From Schmidtea polychroa (taxonomy: Eukaryota), in contig CM097885.1 in the NCBI GenBank assembly GCA_044892525.1, positions 114,886,001 through 114,950,000 of the forward strand: a DNA stretch of 64,000 nucleotides, in the 5' to 3' direction. Made by a program: the position numbers and the translations under genes. Under the pieces are notes generated by a model. The model was not told the DNA's origin, ran no database searches, and worked only from the letters and a program-made list of their open reading frames with translations. Of this stretch, positions 62,577 through 64,000 are shown in pieces. Position 1 is the stretch's first letter, and each line of letters begins with the position of its first letter.

Positions 62577-62989
62577 CATTGAGCTCATAATTCACCACTA
62601 TTTTTATCCTGATTTATATCTGAACAGACGCAAAACAGAATGTATCCAAACCACAACCGTCAGCTGTGACGTTGGTGTTGTGTGGCCTTGGGCCTGCTAA
62701 GTTCTTAAGCTTTATGTGTTCAATTTGTGGATGGAAGACACTATCCGAATAAATCTGAGATGGTCTTTTCATGTTATTCCCAATTTAAGTTCCTCTTTGT
62801 TCATCCAATATCCGGGGAAAATCCCATTAATGTTTATTTTTTCCCATTCAAATGTATAAGGTATACTTAAGAATATAATATAATATAATGGAAATCACAT
62901 CAAGTCGAAATAACACAAAATTACAATTAAGGTCGTTCATTTTTTTAGAGTTAGTAAGTGGTGGATCTTATTCATGAAATGTTAGAGAG

Positions 62990-64000
62990 CATTTGATTCC
63001 CGTTGGTTCTGAATGTGCTGATCAGAGCGATGCTCGTTTTTTCCCACCTGATCTAATCCTGCGGGGTAACCTTTGACACCTATTTACTCAGGTTCGTACT
63101 CTCGAGCAGATTATCCAGGAGTAGGTGATTTTGTGCGACGAATCACGCCTAAAGATTCCATGACCTTGAGCTGCCGCGTGTGTCGTCTTTTGGTCAGTTT
63201 TTGCCAACTCATCCTCAAGCACATAGCGGCTGAGCTGCTCAACTAAATTTCTAGTGGTCAATTTGATTAGGACCAGATGTTTCTCATAATTCTAGAAAGT
63301 CTTTTTAAGGGACTCCAGATTCTGATTTATGTCTTTCACCTGCTTAACTCGACATTATATGCACTCGAGCTGGTGACACCGTTCCGTCATCTTTTCCTTC
63401 TGTCGTTGGATTTCTTTTCTTTGGTTACAGGTAATCCACATTTTACCCTTTTGTGCTGTTGCCAGCCTAACCGAGAATACAAGAATGCAACATCACTCGA
63501 TACTCGTTGAGTGATCAACGTTGGAACTGCATCGAGTGGGTGAGTACCAGAGTAAAGTGAGCGGTATAATTTTAGTATAATTTTAGTAGTATATTTTAAC
63601 TGAAATTGTCTCTTTCCACTCTGACGCTTCTTAATTAACGCAAAATAAGATTCAACTGCATGAATTTATTACATCATCCGTAAATCGATGAACATAAATA
63701 ACTTATGGCAACTGTTCCTTGACTACGCCCGACTTTATACCCGGTCTGAACCGTGCATGTTCAGTTTTTCCGGGTAGTTTCTTTTTCTTGGATGACTGTT
63801 GCGGCTTGACTGATATTACTAGTTTTAGTTCAACAGACCGAATTTTTTTGGCCAAATCACGGTTGATGTTGTCCTTATTCACTTGGTACTCTAGCTGCCA
63901 CACTTGGAGCCAGAGCCCTTTTAGCTCGACTTGATCTTGTGAGCTCTGGAGTTGTAATTGTTGTTCATCACTCTACAACCATTACTCACACCATTCAATT
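62990..64000 (-). mobile_element. Possible decayed LTR retroelement
   Basis: GC-richer block; the minus strand gives QLKVMESLGVIRRTKSPTP, resembling a gypsy RT N-terminus. No other clear motifs. Confidence 0.3.

Noticed and set aside
1-64000. rRNA, tRNA, prokaryotic operon or defence system
   Set aside because: No such sequence recognised; the window is a spliced eukaryotic gene plus transposon debris.

Overview
Very AT-rich eukaryotic genomic DNA with six N-gaps, all in introns. Almost the whole window is one intron-rich gene on the minus strand: an axonemal dynein heavy chain most like DNAH2 (inner-arm I1/f beta). I traced 41 exons by hand from a probable ATG at 58057 to 431. They give 11,016 nt (3,672 codons) with consistent splice phases, covering the tail, linker, AAA1-4, stalk and AAA5. 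The 3' end lies beyond the left edge. Intron sizes are bimodal: 21 are 41-72 nt and 19 are 0.2-8.5 kb, the large ones mostly filled with decayed transposons. These include several hAT families with TIRs and 8-bp TSDs, Ty3/gypsy, Penelope-like, Tigger/pogo, mariner, MULE and piggyBac-type MITEs. Upstream lie a full-length-like hAT, an intronless frameshifted PSMA6 fragment fused to a foreign N-terminus, and a GC-rich twin hairpin. The species cannot be fixed from sequence alone; a ciliated invertebrate is an inference. I found no solid evidence of a wholly new multi-gene system. The best leads are the twin hairpin beside the chimeric PSMA6 fragment, a short-LTR gypsy nested in a Penelope-like element, gypsy sequence inside a hAT, a duplicated decoy splice acceptor and a GC-AG intron. 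All alignments and identities were judged by eye, without database searches.
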